Source: Phoronis australis (lineage: Eukaryota > Animalia > Phoronida). Taken from it: 64,000 nt of DNA. Positions 63,101-64,000 of the stretch are shown one piece after another; the first letter of the stretch is position 1, and every line of letters starts with the position of its first letter. The DNA is taken from positions 493,715 through 557,714 of the forward strand of contig NMRA01000022.1 in NCBI GenBank assembly GCA_002633005.1. Direction: 5' to 3'. A program made the position numbers and the translations under genes. The notes below the pieces were generated by a model, which was given only the letters and a program-made list of their open reading frames with translations, did no database searches and was not told the origin of the DNA.

Positions 63101-63286
63101 TACGTTAAAGAAATACCCGCCAAAATTCTAGGACTGACTGCCTGTATGAAAGTCACCAAAGTCATTCAAGGTGCAAAGTTCAAATTTTTTAACTTTAACG
63201 CCTGAAAGAGTTCCTGGTCAAATGGCGTGATGATGAACGAGAACGATGCAAAAAAAAGTCTTGCAGCTTTGTTGGTTACATATTCA

Positions 63287-64000
63287 ACAAGAGCAATGCA
63301 GAGCGTTGAAATGTGCCCACAAATGCACCGCAAACCGTGTGCTTCTAGAGTTGTTTATTTGTATAATAAAAATGGCCACTAGATGACGCAAAATGTCCAA
63401 TCTATCTGAAAATGGAACATACCATCGCTTCTTTAATAGAAAGCTATTTACCAAATTTCATAAAAATCTGTCAAGGAACTTCAGAGAAACACAAGAAAAC
63501 GAAAAAAAAAAGAAATTACCACAAGGGGGCACAGCATCCGCCTGAAACATGTCGTTTCCTATTGTTGGCTTCATGTAAATACACTTACTAAGTTTAATAA
63601 AGATCCTGCTGTGGGTTTTGAGATACAGCTATGGGCGCAATACAAAACTACCATTAGGAGGTGCCACAGTATTCAAAGTCGTCATCGTCAACCATCCTCA
63701 TCACTCAGAGAACATAAATGCCAATTCTCAGAATCATCCTTAGAATGGTTTGGTTGATAGAGAGGTGGACGCCAGAAAACTGACAAAAAACAAAAAATGG
63801 CCACTAGGTGGTGCAAAATACCTCAAATCCATAACCTCACCAATAGATGTCTAGACTTCAAATTTTATGGAACTCCATTGAGGACCTTTGAATATACAGA
63901 GGTAAACGTAAAAAACTAAAATTGCCAATAGGGGGCACACTGACAGTCAGATCCTTGCGAAAGTAGTCATCGACCATGGTCAACATCATAAAAATAAACT
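63287..64000 (+). mobile_element. Family B element, truncated by the window end
   Basis: Starts ACAAGAGCAATGCAGAGCG and is collinear with 54934-55630. Confidence 0.8.

Overview
Eukaryotic (animal) genomic DNA: AT-rich, intron-rich, dense in repeats, with one N gap (18809-19370). A marine invertebrate deuterostome such as an echinoderm is a guess from repeat style only. Genes read from the sequence: (1) a + strand METTL27/WBSCR27-like SAM-dependent methyltransferase locus (30498-44465) made of two tandem 5-exon copies. The splice signals indicate ONE gene encoding a ~457-aa double-methyltransferase protein, with an alternative ~225-aa single-domain product if the donor at 38873 is read through; one intron uses a GC donor. 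(2) The last three coding exons of a - strand cyclin-J gene (48461-54489); its 5' exons were not found in the window. (3) A probable single-exon gene at 6986-7788 split by one frameshift and ending in an L-x-x-CRYLR motif. The rest is mobile DNA: TTAA-flanked Kolobok-like relics (one with convergent THAP and putative KolX/P2X7-like ORF starts), Harbinger-like and Tc1/pogo-like MITEs, a tRNA-derived SINE, L2/CR1 fragments, and two families of modular Helentron/HINE-like elements. One family is rich in YY1-type motifs and forms large inverted repeats; the other carries CTCF-consensus motifs phased at ~150 bp. All coordinates were read by eye and family assignments come from recalled sequence knowledge, not database searches.
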